A DNA stretch of 58,829 bases, filler included, from an uncultured bacterium (GTDB lineage Bacteria; Auribacterota; CAZIXI01): NCBI GenBank assembly GCA_964543115.1. It is 3 parts of 3 records of this genome, joined end to end, with 100 filler letters (N's around TTAATTAATTAA, not from the genome) between each part and the next. Parts side by side here need not be neighbours in the genome. Positions count along the whole stretch, not along the records: positions 39,706 to 58,829 come from CAZIXI010000039.1; 2 more parts are not named here. One strand, given 5' to 3'. A model generated the notes under the pieces. It saw only the letters and a list, made by a program, of their open reading frames with translations, was not told the origin of the DNA and did not search any database. Shown piece after piece: positions 58,283 through 58,829 of the stretch. The stretch's first letter is position 1. Each line of letters begins with the position of its first letter. The position numbers and the translations under genes are program-made.

Positions 58283-58829
58283 ATGAAAGTTGCCAAGTAT
58301 TACAATAATAGCGATATCCGGATTGAAGAAATGCCGGTGCCGGAAATTGGTCCGCGGGAGCTGCTGGTTAAGGTAATGGCCAGCGGAATCTGTGGCAGTG
58401 ACGTTATGGAATGGTACCGGATAAAAAAGGCCCCGTTGGTTCTGGGGCATGAGATTGCCGGTGAAATTAATAAGGTTGGGAAGGAAGTAAAAAACTATAA
58501 AATTGGTGATCGGGTGTTTGCCTCCCATCATGTGCCCTGTAATACCTGCCGTTATTGTCTAGCCGGTAAGCATACGGTTTGTGATACCCTCCATAACACT
58601 AATTTTTTCCCTGGGGGGTTTGCTGAGTATTTGCGGGTGCCGGAGATTAATGTTGATCGCGGTGTTTTTCTTTTGCCGGAGGAGATATCCTATGAAGAAG
58701 GGACTTTTGTTGAGCCTCTAGGCTGTGTAGTTCGGGGCTTTCGGCAGGCCGGGTTTAGAGCGGGCCAAAGTGTGCTGGTTTTGGGCAGCGGGATATCCGG
58801 ATTATTAAATATTGCCCTGGCCAAGAGTT
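58283..58829 (+). CDS. Zinc-dependent alcohol/polyol dehydrogenase, 3'-truncated by window end
   Basis: Own translation: MKVAKYY...SGICGSD...LGHEIAG...CNTCRYC...VEPLGC...VLGSG. Confidence 0.9.
   Translation, partial: MKVAKYYNNSDIRIEEMPVPEIGPRELLVKVMASGICGSDVMEWYRIKKAPLVLGHEIAGEINKVGKEVKNYKIGDRVFASHHVPCNTCRYCLAGKHTVCDTLHNTNFFPGGFAEYLRVPEINVDRGVFLLPEEISYEEGTFVEPLGCVVRGFRQAGFRAGQSVLVLGSGISGLLNIALAKS

Overview
The window is three contigs joined by artificial 100-nt spacers (44 N + TTAATTAATTAA + 44 N at 19858-19957 and 39606-39705), so adjacency across them is unproven. It appears to come from an uncultured diderm bacterium; a PVC-like affiliation is my inference only. Segment 1 (1-19857) encodes a secreted ComEC-like metallo-hydrolase, a DUF2079 membrane protein, a secreted 4x'WYLAEG'-repeat (DUF5719-like)/SGNH hydrolase, a sigma54 two-component system, queH, a TPR protein, groES-groEL-grpE-FmdB, an SLH-like/FecR + CHASE2-GGDEF + Ser/Thr kinase module and a second WYLAEG-repeat gene (truncated). 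Segment 2 (19958-39605) is a surface-glycan locus made of alternately oriented blocks with broken gene ends at the junctions, followed by a priming sugar transferase and large polytopic GT-C-like enzymes. Segment 3 (39706-58829) has three more GT-C-like/DUF2079 genes, a 3234-aa secreted protein with three subtilisin modules and a 4x WYLAEG tail, tRNA-Val, a LAGLIDADG gene, tRNA-Asp, lsrF and a Zn-dehydrogenase. Main observations: (i) a c-di-GMP-I riboswitch with terminator and a sigma54-type promoter in front of the triple protease; (ii) an unnamed ~130-aa domain with a Dx[DN]xDx Ca-loop-like motif fused to three different GT-C-like enzymes; (iii) the WYLAEG repeat module on different secreted proteins, two of which share a promoter motif; (iv) a homing endonuclease gene inside a tRNA operon whose 3' end runs into tRNA-Asp.
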